DNA from: Candidatus Kapaibacterium sp. | GTDB taxonomy: Bacteria > Bacteroidota > Ignavibacteria > Kapaibacteriales > UBA4661 | DNA length: 64,000 nucleotides | Direction of reading: 5' to 3' | Assembly (NCBI GenBank): GCA_004292595.1 | Contig: RDXM01000118.1 | Coordinates: forward strand, 421 to 64,420 | Shown here: positions 48,774 to 58,159 of the stretch, in pieces | How positions within the stretch are numbered: position 1 is the stretch's first letter | How the letters are laid out: each line of letters opens with the position of its first letter | Translations under genes and position numbers: made by a program | The notes under the pieces: model-generated | Seen by the model: only the letters and a program-made list of their open reading frames with translations | The model's database searches: none | Told to the model about the DNA's origin: nothing

Positions 48774-51700
48774 TTATTGCCGAATACAGCTCTTATGACC
48801 CGCCGCACCGCAACAATTCTTGAACTTCTTTGCGCTATCATGCGGACAAGGGTCGTTGCGACCGATTTTTGGTGCCGTGTTCACGATGGGCGTAGCTTTT
48901 ACGCCATTCTGCGCGCCGTTGGCAACGTTCGCGCTCACCGCATCCGCTACTTCGTTGATTGCCTCAGCGTTTGCGTAGGTGTACTGCTCGGCTGATGGGC
49001 GCGAGAAGCGCATTGCGTTGGAGCTAATCGTGGTGAAGTTCGGCAACGCGCCTGTTGGTGCGCTTACCGAGACGTTACCATGACCGTTGCGACCTTGCTG
49101 CTGCTCTTGCGCCGGGAAATAGCGGAACGCGAAATTGAGTGATTCACGGTTGATTTCCTTGATAAGCTCCACGAACAGCTTGTACGCTTCGCCTTTGTAT
49201 TCCAAAATCGGGTCTTTCTGCCCATAAGCGCGAAGGTGGATGCCTTCTTTCAATTCATCCATGCCGCGCAAGTGTTCACGCCACTTTTCGTCAATCGTTT
49301 GCAAAATTGCAATGCGTTCAACTTCTGCCATAAACTCGCTTCCGAACATCTGCTCTTTGCGATTATAGAACTCTTCAGCGATTGCCAAAATTTTCTCCAC
49401 GCATTCCTCGCGGCGCAAGGATTTAAGCTCGTTTTGCGTGATTTCAAGGTCAATCAGCAACGTTGTGCGGAGTTCTTCGCGGAAGTGTTCTACGTCGCCT
49501 TCGTCGTGGCAATCGTCGTAGATATCGCCGATAAATTCTTCTGCGTACTCGAAAATTTCACCGCGCATCCGTTCGCCCAAAAGCGCGTGGCGACGGCGGT
49601 CATAGACAACTTCGCGTTGCTGATTCATCACGTTGTCGTACTCCAACAAACGCTTGCGAATGCCGAAGTTATTTTCCTCAACCTTCTTTTGTGCGCGTTC
49701 CACCGACTTCGTCACCTGATTATGCTCAATCGGTTCGCCTTCAGGAACTTTGAGAAATTGCATCACGCCCGCAATACGGTCGCCGCCGAAAAGCCGCATC
49801 AAATCGTCTTCCAACGACAAAAAGAACTTCGTCGAACCCGGGTCGCCTTGCCGTCCCGCACGACCGCGCAACTGGCGGTCAATACGCCGTGCCTCGTGGC
49901 GTTCGGTGCCAATAATCGACAAGCCGCCTGATTCCTTCACTTTCGGGTGCAGCTTAATGTCCGTACCGCGTCCAGCCATGTTCGTTGCAATCGTCACTGC
50001 GCCCGGCTGCCCCGCTTCTGCAACAATTTCCGCCTCGCGTTGGTGCTGCTTTGCGTTCAAAACGTTGTGCTTTACTTTGTCGCGGGTGAGCATTTTACTC
50101 AGCAATTCAGAAACCTCCACGCTTGTCGTACCAACGAGTATAGCGCGTCCTTTCTCAACTTCGCGCTTGATTTCATCAATCACGGCAAAGAATTTCTCGC
50201 GTTTTGTTCGATAAATAAGGTCGTTCAAGTCATCGCGGATAATGGCGCGGTTCGTTGGAATCACGCACACATCGAGCTTGTAGATTTCGTAAAATTCACC
50301 CGCTTCGGTTTCCGCCGTACCCGTCATTCCAGCGAGTTTTTTGTAAATGCGGAAATAGTTCTGAAGCGTGATAGTTGCGAGGGTTTGCGTGTCGCGCTCG
50401 ACATCCACGCCTTCTTTTGCCTCAATAGCTTGGTGCAAGCCGTCCGAGTAGCGGCGACCTTCCAAAATACGTCCCGTGAACTCATCCACGATTTTCACTT
50501 TGCCGCCATCCACAACGTATTCCACATCTTTTTCGTAGAGCGAATAGGCGCGTAAAAGCTGCGTTACGGTGTGAATACGGTCGCTGCGTTCAGCATAGAT
50601 GCGCATTGCAGAGTCTTTGCGTAAAACGCGCTCTTCGGCGGAAATTTCCTTATCGCCTTCAATCACGGACATTTCTGCCGCAATATCGGGAATAACGAAA
50701 AATTCTTTGTCCGATTGCCCTGAAGTCAAGAATTCACGCCCTTTTTCGGTGAGGTCAATCTGGTGCTGGCGTTCATCAATCGAGTAAAAAAGCTCTTCGT
50801 CAATCTCACTCATGCGCGTCCCTTGGTCGCGGAGATATTCCAACTCAGTATCGCGCATAAGGCGCATATTATCTGGGTTGGAGAGCATTTTGGTCAATTT
50901 GTTATTCTTCGGCATTCCGCGATACGCACGAAGGAGCGCAATCCCTGCAAGGCGCGTATTTTCTTTGTCCTGCTTGTTGTCGCCTGTCGGTTGCAAGCCG
51001 CGCTCTGCCTCGCCGACAATTTTCGCCACCAAGCGCGATTGCGCATCCACCAAGCGGCGCATGGACGGGTTCATTTCTTCGTAGCGGTGGTCGCTCTGAT
51101 GCACGGGACCCGAGATAATAAGCGGTGTTCGTGCCTCGTCAATCAAGACCGAATCCACCTCATCCACGATGCCGAAAAAGTGTGGACGCTGCACCATATC
51201 TTGTGCGTCGCCGACCATGTTGTCGCGGAGATAATCAAAACCAAACTCGTTGTTGGTGCCGTAGGTAATGTCGCACGAGTACTCTTTTTGCCGCTCGTCG
51301 GGTTCCATATTCGAGGTGATGCAGCCTGTGGTAATGCCGAGAAAATCAAACACGGGAAGCATCCACTCGCGGTCGCGCTGGGCAAGATAATCGTTTACCG
51401 TAATCAGGTGAACACCGCGCTGTGGCAGGGCGTTCAGGTACATCGGCGCAACGCCCACGAGCGTTTTTCCTTCGCCTGTCGCCATCTCGGAAATTTTTCC
51501 TTCGTGAATCACGATTCCGCCCATCATCTGCACGTCGTAGGGAACCATATCCCACACAGCATCGCGCCCAACGATTTTGTACTGCTTGCCTTGCATACGG
51601 CGGCAGACCTCTTTCACAACGGCGAAAGCCTGCGGCAAAAGCTCGTCCAATGTGTCTTGAATGGTTGCGTATTGCTCATCTTCAAGCGTTTTGATTTGGT

Positions 51701-51956
51701 CGTAGGCATCGCTTATTTCCTCGCCCGTAAGCTGCTCGGTGCGCAGGCGTGTGCGGAGCGCGTCCAATTCTTGCTTAAATTCGCTTGTGCGCTCGTCAAG
51801 AATGGTACGGAATTCGGCGGTTTTCGCTTTCAATTCCTCGTCGGACAAGGATTTCAGCGTTTCATAGACTTCGTTGATTTCATCCACGATGGGAAGCATT
51901 CGTTTCACGTCTTTATCGTGCTTGCTTCCGAAGACTTTTTCGAGAAATTTTAACAT
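48774..51956 (-). CDS. secA: preprotein translocase subunit SecA
   Basis: MATGEGKT, DEVD, ATNMAGRGTD, QLRGRAGRQGDPG, C-terminal GRNDPCP. Confidence 0.98.
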   Translation of the reverse strand: MLKFLEKVFGSKHDKDVKRMLPIVDEINEVYETLKSLSDEELKAKTAEFRTILDERTSEFKQELDALRTRLRTEQLTGEEISDAYDQIKTLEDEQYATIQDTLDELLPQAFAVVKEVCRRMQGKQYKIVGRDAVWDMVPYDVQMMGGIVIHEGKISEMATGEGKTLVGVAPMYLNALPQRGVHLITVNDYLAQRDREWMLPVFDFLGITTGCITSNMEPDERQKEYSCDITYGTNNEFGFDYLRDNMVGDAQDMVQRPHFFGIVDEVDSVLIDEARTPLIISGPVHQSDHRYEEMNPSMRRLVDAQSRLVAKIVGEAERGLQPTGDNKQDKENTRLAGIALLRAYRGMPKNNKLTKMLSNPDNMRLMRDTELEYLRDQGTRMSEIDEELFYSIDERQHQIDLTEKGREFLTSGQSDKEFFVIPDIAAEMSVIEGDKEISAEERVLRKDSAMRIYAERSDRIHTVTQLLRAYSLYEKDVEYVVDGGKVKIVDEFTGRILEGRRYSDGLHQAIEAKEGVDVERDTQTLATITLQNYFRIYKKLAGMTGTAETEAGEFYEIYKLDVCVIPTNRAIIRDDLNDLIYRTKREKFFAVIDEIKREVEKGRAILVGTTSVEVSELLSKMLTRDKVKHNVLNAKQHQREAEIVAEAGQPGAVTIATNMAGRGTDIKLHPKVKESGGLSIIGTERHEARRIDRQLRGRAGRQGDPGSTKFFLSLEDDLMRLFGGDRIAGVMQFLKVPEGEPIEHNQVTKSVERAQKKVEENNFGIRKRLLEYDNVMNQQREVVYDRRRHALLGERMRGEIFEYAEEFIGDIYDDCHDEGDVEHFREELRTTLLIDLEITQNELKSLRREECVEKILAIAEEFYNRKEQMFGSEFMAEVERIAILQTIDEKWREHLRGMDELKEGIHLRAYGQKDPILEYKGEAYKLFVELIKEINRESLNFAFRYFPAQEQQQGRNGHGNVSVSAPTGALPNFTTISSNAMRFSRPSAEQYTYANAEAINEVADAVSANVANGAQNGVKATPIVNTAPKIGRNDPCPHDSAKKFKNCCGAAGHKSCIRQ

Positions 51957-52060
51957 AGAATTTTTGAAGTGAGATGTTTATTGTTGAATGCTAAATTTGA
52001 TGAGAGACTCCTATCAAAGAATGGCCGTGCCACTGAAGACTTTTCTAATCGCTGAGGGCT

Positions 52061-52624
52061 TTACAAAAACGAAATACTCTGCAAAGCCGCATCAAATGTG
52101 TCGCGGAGAGCATCATACTCGTCGGGTGGCGCGGAAAAAGAGAACACAAATACATTTTGCGCATCTTTGGTTTTTCGTACCGTAAAAATCTTGCGTATTT
52201 TCGTTGTGGAATTGCCCATCATTTGGCGCAGCAGGACATCTTTTGCGGGCGCACCCAAAAACTCGAAATCCCGTGTGGTTTCTATTGCCCAAGCATCTTC
52301 GTAGAATGCGAATGATGTTTGGAGATAGTCCTCCAGCGACGGCAAAAGCAGCATTCCGGCGGCAACTTTGATGTACGTTTTTGATTGTTTCCGCGCCGCA
52401 TCATTGCTCAGTTTTGGCGTAATTCCAACACGCAAGGCAGGAAAGAAAACTGGCTCACGGTCAATATACCAATCTTTTGGCGCAGTGAGCGTGAAATGAA
52501 ACTGCGCATCATTGAAAATCGTCGCGCTTTGCCCACCGTCAAGCCCCACGAAACCTCGCCCCCACGCCGAAAGCGTGAGAAGAAGCGTGTGCATAGTCGA
52601 GTGGACAATCGTGAGGAATGACAT
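52061..52624 (-). CDS. hypothetical protein (possible PsbP/DcrB-like fold)
   Basis: F.L..P.DW ... FD..L.SI.F pattern; no firm family. Confidence 0.55.
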   Translation of the reverse strand: MSFLTIVHSTMHTLLLTLSAWGRGFVGLDGGQSATIFNDAQFHFTLTAPKDWYIDREPVFFPALRVGITPKLSNDAARKQSKTYIKVAAGMLLLPSLEDYLQTSFAFYEDAWAIETTRDFEFLGAPAKDVLLRQMMGNSTTKIRKIFTVRKTKDAQNVFVFSFSAPPDEYDALRDTFDAALQSISFL

Positions 52625-52634
52625 ACGTCTAAGA

Positions 52635-52669
52635 AAGGATGAAGGATGAAGGATGAGGGCTGAAGGTTG
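52635..52669 (-). repeat. heptamer array upstream of the 52624 start
   Basis: AAGGATG x3, AGGGCTG, AAGGTTG on the plus strand. Confidence 0.8.
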
Positions 52670-52750
52670 AAAATCTCACGCGCTGCACGCGTAAAAAGAC
52701 GCGCAATATACCATTTTTTGTAAACCTAACCAATTTCAAACCATTCCGTT

Positions 52751-53008
52751 ATGACCACCGCAACACCCGATATATACTTGTTTTCCGAAGAAATGCTCCG
52801 AAAACAACTCGAAACCGCCGATGAAAAACTTGGCTATAAAATTGTTCATTTCTACGTGGATGAGCATGGCGTACTTAGTAAGACTCCAACAAATGCCACA
52901 GAGGTTTTTTATCTCTCGCCGTCGGGCGGGACGCTGCGTGATAAGTCGTTTAATCTCGTAACATACAGTGCGCGGTATGATATGTACAAAGGGCTGGGCA
53001 GGGCGTAA
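52751..53008 (+). CDS. hypothetical protein, 85 aa
   Basis: Clean ORF with ordinary codon usage; FYLSPSGGTLRD motif. Confidence 0.7.
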   Translation: MTTATPDIYLFSEEMLRKQLETADEKLGYKIVHFYVDEHGVLSKTPTNATEVFYLSPSGGTLRDKSFNLVTYSARYDMYKGLGRA

Positions 53009-53011
53009 GAG

Positions 53012-53109
53012 AAGGATGAAATATGAATTTTGAGGAATGAATTTTGAGAGATGAATTTTGAGGAATGAATTTTGAGGAATGAATTTTGAGAGATGAATTT
53101 TGAGAGATG
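53012..53109 (+). repeat. array of 14 heptamers (14-bp higher-order unit AATTTTG-AG[GA/AG]ATG x6)
   Basis: Begins 4 bp after the stop codon. Confidence 0.9.
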
Positions 53110-53157
53110 AAGCGCGAAAGCGTTATCATTGCTTGCCTTCAAGGATTTCCCAATAGC

Positions 53158-53199
53158 AAAAAAGGCTGCTTTGCCAAAATAGTGCAAAGCAGCCTTTTT
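53158..53199. terminator. bidirectional terminator
   Basis: AAAAAGGCTGCTTTGC...GCAAAGCAGCCTTTTT between convergent genes. Confidence 0.75.
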
Positions 53200-53220
53200 C
53201 TTGATTCAATTTCGCAAAGA

Positions 53221-53823
53221 TTAGCGTGAGTAGTATTCCACAACGAGGGGAATTTCACAGATAATCGGCACTTCTTCGCGCGGTGGAACGTAGAGCATTT
53301 TCACGCTGAGGCTTGATTTAGCCACTTCCAAGTATGCTGGCGGCGCAGAAGTGCGGATAGCTTCTTGGAAGCATATCAATTTACGGCTTTTCTCACGGAC
53401 GCTAATGGTATCATTGATTTTTACGTGATACGACGCAATATCCACTTGCTTGCCGTTTACTTCGATGTGTCCGTGGGTTACATACTGGCGAGCCGCATAA
53501 ATAGAGCGTGCCAAGCCTGCACGGTAAATAACCGCATCCAAACGAGCTTCCAAAATCTGCACGAGAATTTCACCCGTGTTGCCGAGCGAGCGTTGTGCTT
53601 TATCAACGTAGCGGCGGAGCTGACGCTCATGCACGTTATATTGCAAGCGCAAACGTTGTTTTTCAAAAAGCTGCTTACCGTAATCCGATACTTTTGCGCG
53701 GCGTTTGTTGCCACCGTGCTGTCCGGGAGGATTCGGCTTGCGCTCCATGAGTTTGCCCGCCTTCAACGTCATCGCAATACCAAGTTTGCGCGAGAGGCGG
53801 ACTTTTGGTCCTGTATAATTCAT
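53221..53823 (-). CDS. rpsD: 30S ribosomal protein S4 (standalone, no CxxC motifs)
   Basis: YTGP, PPGQHG, EKQ, LEARLD, ARQ.V.HGH, VVEYYSR. Confidence 0.96.
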   Translation of the reverse strand: MNYTGPKVRLSRKLGIAMTLKAGKLMERKPNPPGQHGGNKRRAKVSDYGKQLFEKQRLRLQYNVHERQLRRYVDKAQRSLGNTGEILVQILEARLDAVIYRAGLARSIYAARQYVTHGHIEVNGKQVDIASYHVKINDTISVREKSRKLICFQEAIRTSAPPAYLEVAKSSLSVKMLYVPPREEVPIICEIPLVVEYYSR

Positions 53824-54065
53824 AGAACAAAAAAGAAATGAAATGGAGAAGCGTTGAAAAATAAAGCCAGTGTGAAGGACAAGCGCGTTTTTCTCCAAAA
53901 GCCGCATCAAAGCTCGCTTTCAAGGCGAAACCTTGCTAAAAAAATGTCCATCACAAACAAGCATTCAACGATGAGTTAGTGCCGATAAGCATTTCTGCGT
54001 GAATTCTGCATAAAAAAAGCCACATCGTGTACAGATTTCTGTATGGATGAGGCTTTGTATCGGTG

Positions 54066-54137
54066 AGCCACTTGTCGGAATTGAACCAACGACCGACGGT
54101 TTACAAAACCGTTGCTCTACCGCTGAGCTAAAGTGGC
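54066..54137 (-). tRNA. tRNA-Thr(TGT)
   Basis: GCCACTT/AAGTGGC acceptor stem, ACGGT-TTTGTAA-ACCGT anticodon arm, GGTTCAATTCC T-arm; CCA not encoded. Confidence 0.95.
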
Positions 54138-54305
54138 GTGTGATGAGCGAGTTGTCAAAAAGAGATTACAAATATAATTGTTTGTCAAAAAAAAGTCAAG
54201 AATTTTATTTAAAAAAATCGGTCAAATCGCATTACGATGCAAAAAGACTTGACCGATAGCAGCAGATTCTTCACTATTTTTGAGCGCATTCTCAGCGCAC
54301 AACCG

Positions 54306-55946
54306 TTAGCGAACGACGGTCAAAGGCAGCGTATAGCTTTTGCCATTCACACGCACCGTGCAGAGGAACACGCCTGTTTGTGCGGCATTCAGGGGAATTG
54401 AATGCTCACCTGCTTGTAACTGCCCGCTCCAAACATTCTGCACCACGCGCCCTGCCGTGCTGAAGAGCGTAATATCTGCATCCGCCGCTTTTCGCAACGT
54501 GAAACGCAGTGTTGATGAGCCCGCCGAAGGATTTGGAAAAATAGAAAATGCTTCATTATTGCCAAGAAATGCGAGGTCGGATTGAACGCTCGTTGTGCGT
54601 GCTTTCACCACGCCAAGCGGCGCAAGACGCTCGCCCAGAATCGCGGTCGTGTCGGCTTCGGTCGCACCAAACCACGCTTGTAGGACGTTGGTATAGATAC
54701 GGCGGTAATCGTATTGATATTGCTGGTCGCCGTTGCGCGTGAGATTTTGCAAGTCTGGCACATTGCCGAAGGTATTGCCGTTCACATTTGTTCCGAAGAC
54801 GAATTGCACCGAAGCCGCGCCGTGGTCGGTGCCGAGCGAGCCGTTTTCTTGCGGTCTTCTGCCAAATTCGGACAGCGTCATGCCGATAACGCGGTCAGCA
54901 AACCCTTGTTGGAGCGCGTCGGTTTGGAATTGCGCGATACCTGTCGCCAAAGCGCGGAGCAATGCGGGATGCACACCGCTTCCGTCGGACTGCTGCTGCA
55001 AAACGTGCGTGTCGAAGCCGCCTAAATACACGAGATACACTTTCGAGCGCAAACCGCCTGAAATCAGGCGAGCAACCATGCGGAGTTGCTGCGCAAAACC
55101 TGCTGCGTAGTCTAGCGTGTTGCGTCCTTTGTCGAAGGCTTGTTTGACAAGCTGCGAGTAGGCATCAGACTTCTGGGCAATCGTGCGGACGTAGTTGTAT
55201 TCGCTTGCAAAGGTGGAAGCATCGGTGAGTGCTTCGTCGTCGGGCGATAAACCTTGTCCCAAGCGGAAAAATTGTTCGGGGTCGGCGAGCGCGATGCCCA
55301 TATCGCCGCGTCGGTCGTCCTTCAGCAGCATAGAAAGTGTGCCGCCAATTTGCACCGAGAGCGGATAATCAGGGATTTGCGAGCCTTGCGGGGCGTGAAG
55401 GCGAGCAATAGAGCGTCCCATCCAGCCGTCGGTGAATTGCGTGTTTGGGAGCGAAGAATTGATGCCAGAGAGCCAAATATCGGTCGAGCGGAAGTGGGAT
55501 AAATTCGGGTTTTCGTAGCCCACGCCTTGAACGAGTGCCAAGCGTCCGTCTTCATACATTTGCTGCATTCCGCCAAACGGAACGCCCGTCGTCAGCGCAG
55601 GATGCAAATATACCCGCGAGCCGAAAAGCCGCGTGGCAGCTTCCTTGCGGACGGCGAGCTTGGGGCGCAAACGGTAGTAATCCGCACTGTCGGCTGGAAT
55701 GATAGTGTTTAAGCCATCATTGCCACCAAAAAGTTGAATAATGACGAGAATATTGTCGCTGTTATGCGCTTCGGAGCCGAATTTATCTTGCAAGGGCGAG
55801 GCAGACAGCACGGGCATTCCGCCAAGCATCGTTGAGCCAACACCAAGCGACAAGCCCAGTGCTGACGAGCTTTTCAGGAAGTCGCGCCGAGAAGCATTGT
55901 CAATAATATTGTTGCCAAGAGCGGGAGCAGAAAACGATGGTTTCAT
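54306..55946 (-). CDS. DUF1501 domain protein with Tat signal and T9SS-type C-terminal sorting domain
   Basis: SRRDFLK, GGNDGLN, SHFRS, GGFDTH, SEFGR, GTDHG; C-terminal IFPNP ... TGVF. Confidence 0.88.
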   Translation of the reverse strand: MKPSFSAPALGNNIIDNASRRDFLKSSSALGLSLGVGSTMLGGMPVLSASPLQDKFGSEAHNSDNILVIIQLFGGNDGLNTIIPADSADYYRLRPKLAVRKEAATRLFGSRVYLHPALTTGVPFGGMQQMYEDGRLALVQGVGYENPNLSHFRSTDIWLSGINSSLPNTQFTDGWMGRSIARLHAPQGSQIPDYPLSVQIGGTLSMLLKDDRRGDMGIALADPEQFFRLGQGLSPDDEALTDASTFASEYNYVRTIAQKSDAYSQLVKQAFDKGRNTLDYAAGFAQQLRMVARLISGGLRSKVYLVYLGGFDTHVLQQQSDGSGVHPALLRALATGIAQFQTDALQQGFADRVIGMTLSEFGRRPQENGSLGTDHGAASVQFVFGTNVNGNTFGNVPDLQNLTRNGDQQYQYDYRRIYTNVLQAWFGATEADTTAILGERLAPLGVVKARTTSVQSDLAFLGNNEAFSIFPNPSAGSSTLRFTLRKAADADITLFSTAGRVVQNVWSGQLQAGEHSIPLNAAQTGVFLCTVRVNGKSYTLPLTVVR

Positions 55947-56100
55947 GGTGATTGTAAAGGAAATGGTGAAGTCGCGCCGCAGGAGGTAGCCTGTTCGGTC
56001 GCCGTTACGCGATGAAAAATAATTGCACGTGGTTGAATCTTTGAAATGACCATTTTCATACACGACAAAATCTGTAAAGAGCAGGTAAAATCAGGCTTCA

Positions 56101-56173
56101 GTGGCACAGACATTCTTGTCTGTGATTCTTTGTAACCCGCTCCAATACTCACAGACAAGAATGTCTGTGCCAC
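56101..56173. repeat. REPIN-like doublet (family A)
   Basis: Same arms; slightly shorter spacer. Confidence 0.9.
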
Positions 56174-56299
56174 TACTCAAGGAAGTTTTTCATGTCAGAA
56201 AATTTCTCAAAAATTCTTCTTGCAAACCCTCGAAAAGCGCATCAAACCTACAAAAAACGCTTTTATTCACCCACAAATACGAACCACTTACCAGCAAAT

Positions 56300-57331
56300 T
56301 TACGGTAAAGAATAGACAAGTGCAAGACCATTTAGCGTCGGAAATATGCGCAGGGCGGGAACAGAAGGCGAAACGGAGGAATGAGATGGGGAGTGAGATT
56401 CTGTGCTGTGTTCAGCACCGTCGCGGCGTTCTCGCTCGAACTGCACCACCGCCAAGCCCGCACCAATGCCGATAGCCGACCCCAAGAACACATCCGAAGC
56501 CCAGTGAACATCGTGGTACATCCGTGAAAGCGCAGTGATTGCGGCAAGCGAATACAAGCCAATGCTCGCCCATGGCGTTTTGGTGCGCTCGTAAATGCGC
56601 TCGGCAAGCACTGTCGAAACAGCAAATGCGACCGTTGCGTGTCCAGAGGGGAAACTTGTGCGCTCATTGGTGAATTGCAAGGGCTGAAAGCGCATCGCAC
56701 CTTCTTCGAGAAACGGGCGGCTGCGCCCAAAGGCAGACTTGAACACCAGATTTAACGCTCCGCCATAGACTAACGCCTCCAATGCCAAACGCCCTGTAAC
56801 CCGCACGTGGTCTTCGTTCGCAAGCAGTCCGCCGCCATAAATTGCCGCCGCAATGCCGCCCGCAACGAGCGTTTCGCCGTAAATGCGTCCGACGGCTGCC
56901 ACTGGCGCGACCACTACGTTTGCGGGCGACGCAGGAATCATCTGCATTTGCCGCCGAAGGATTTCATCATTGGGAAGAAAAGCAATGCTGCCCGCAATCA
57001 CGCTCGAAGTCAAGAACCAATCGAACGTGGAAAAGCGCAACGGACGGCTCACGTAGCCGAGTCCGTCCTTGAAGGCATCGTTAAAATCATTGACAAAAAT
57101 TTCTCCTGCCGTGCGCGAGGAAGAATCAGGCGCGACGGCTAGAGATGAGGTTTTATCGAAGGTGTAAGCGAATGATTGTTGAGAAAAGGCGGAGAAAAAA
57201 AGCAGAAAAAAAAGCGCGGTGAGTTTTTTTTGCGTAGACAAAAGTGTTCGCGCTACGGACAAACACTGGCTTTGGTAGAACAGATACTCTTGTTTGTTCC
57301 GCAGGAATATTGTCGAAATACGGCTCTGCAT
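56300..57331 (-). CDS. PAP2 family phosphatase
   Basis: K..FGRSRP, SFPSGH, SRMY...HW.SDV. Confidence 0.9.
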   Translation of the reverse strand: MQSRISTIFLRNKQEYLFYQSQCLSVARTLLSTQKKLTALFFLLFFSAFSQQSFAYTFDKTSSLAVAPDSSSRTAGEIFVNDFNDAFKDGLGYVSRPLRFSTFDWFLTSSVIAGSIAFLPNDEILRRQMQMIPASPANVVVAPVAAVGRIYGETLVAGGIAAAIYGGGLLANEDHVRVTGRLALEALVYGGALNLVFKSAFGRSRPFLEEGAMRFQPLQFTNERTSFPSGHATVAFAVSTVLAERIYERTKTPWASIGLYSLAAITALSRMYHDVHWASDVFLGSAIGIGAGLAVVQFERERRDGAEHSTESHSPSHSSVSPSVPALRIFPTLNGLALVYSLP

Positions 57332-57795
57332 CAGGCTTCTTCCAGTTGTTTCATAATGCCAGAGCGCACTTTTTTGGTCAGCGAAATAAGCTGATGATGC
57401 TCTTCTTGGCTGAGCTCGCCCATGACCGACTGCACCGCAGAAACATAGCGTTTGTCGAGCTTGGTAACGATGCGCCGTCCTTCGCGGGTGAGTTCGACGT
57501 GATAGCTGCGGCGGTCGCCCTCGACGTTGGTGCGCACAAGAAAGCCTTGTTTTTCTAAGCGGTCGAGCAGCCCTGTGATGTTGGATTTGTCCACCAAGAG
57601 CTTGCGGCTGAGGTCGTTTTGCGTCATGGGTTTATTGCTCTCTTTGAGCAGCACAAGGACGTTGAACTGCGCTTCGGAAGCGAGTTCGGGCTGGAAAATT
57701 TTTGTGGAAATTTTCTTGAGCATCAGCGATGTCCACCAGACGCTCATCAAGGCTTCATGCGGCTCATCATTGAATCGAATAGGAAGATCTACCAT
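57331..57795 (-). CDS. MarR family transcriptional regulator
   Basis: QFNVL, NITGLLDRLE, DRR...V.LT..G. Confidence 0.92.
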   Translation of the reverse strand: MVDLPIRFNDEPHEALMSVWWTSLMLKKISTKIFQPELASEAQFNVLVLLKESNKPMTQNDLSRKLLVDKSNITGLLDRLEKQGFLVRTNVEGDRRSYHVELTREGRRIVTKLDKRYVSAVQSVMGELSQEEHHQLISLTKKVRSGIMKQLEEA

Positions 57796-58006
57796 AGCAG
57801 AAACACACAAAAATTCAGTGGGTGGGAAATGGGGAGCGAAAAACTCAACGAAAGAACTCAACACGAGAATCCGGGACGAACACTCAGGAGAAAACTCATT
57901 GACAAATTCACACGTGAGAAGCGATGACGTGTGCGGGCAAGCGTGATTTTATCACGACTTAAAGCACGATGCTCCGCAATTCTCGCCGCACAATATACGC
58001 AAAACA

Positions 58007-58020
58007 GTTGAGCTATCAAC
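58007..58020. promoter_or_regulatory. candidate MarR operator GTTGAGCTATCAAC
   Basis: Palindrome next to a CGTATATTGTG -7-like element on the minus strand. Confidence 0.4.
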
Positions 58021-58159
58021 AATCTTTTTTCAGAAATATCATTCGCTTGCATTGAACGATATGCAATGCAGACCAGAGTGCTGAGACCACTGATGAATAC
58101 TTGATTTGGTAGAATAAGCACTCGTGTTTCTTCCAGTCAAAATGTACGTGCTTGGGCTA

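Noticed and set aside
52016-52040. AAGAATGGCCGTGCCACTGAAG as another family A copy
   Set aside because: Only a short degenerate half-match; possibly a remnant but not supportable.
54066-54137. tRNA-Thr as an island attachment site
   Set aside because: No duplicated tRNA 3' end and no integrase in the window.
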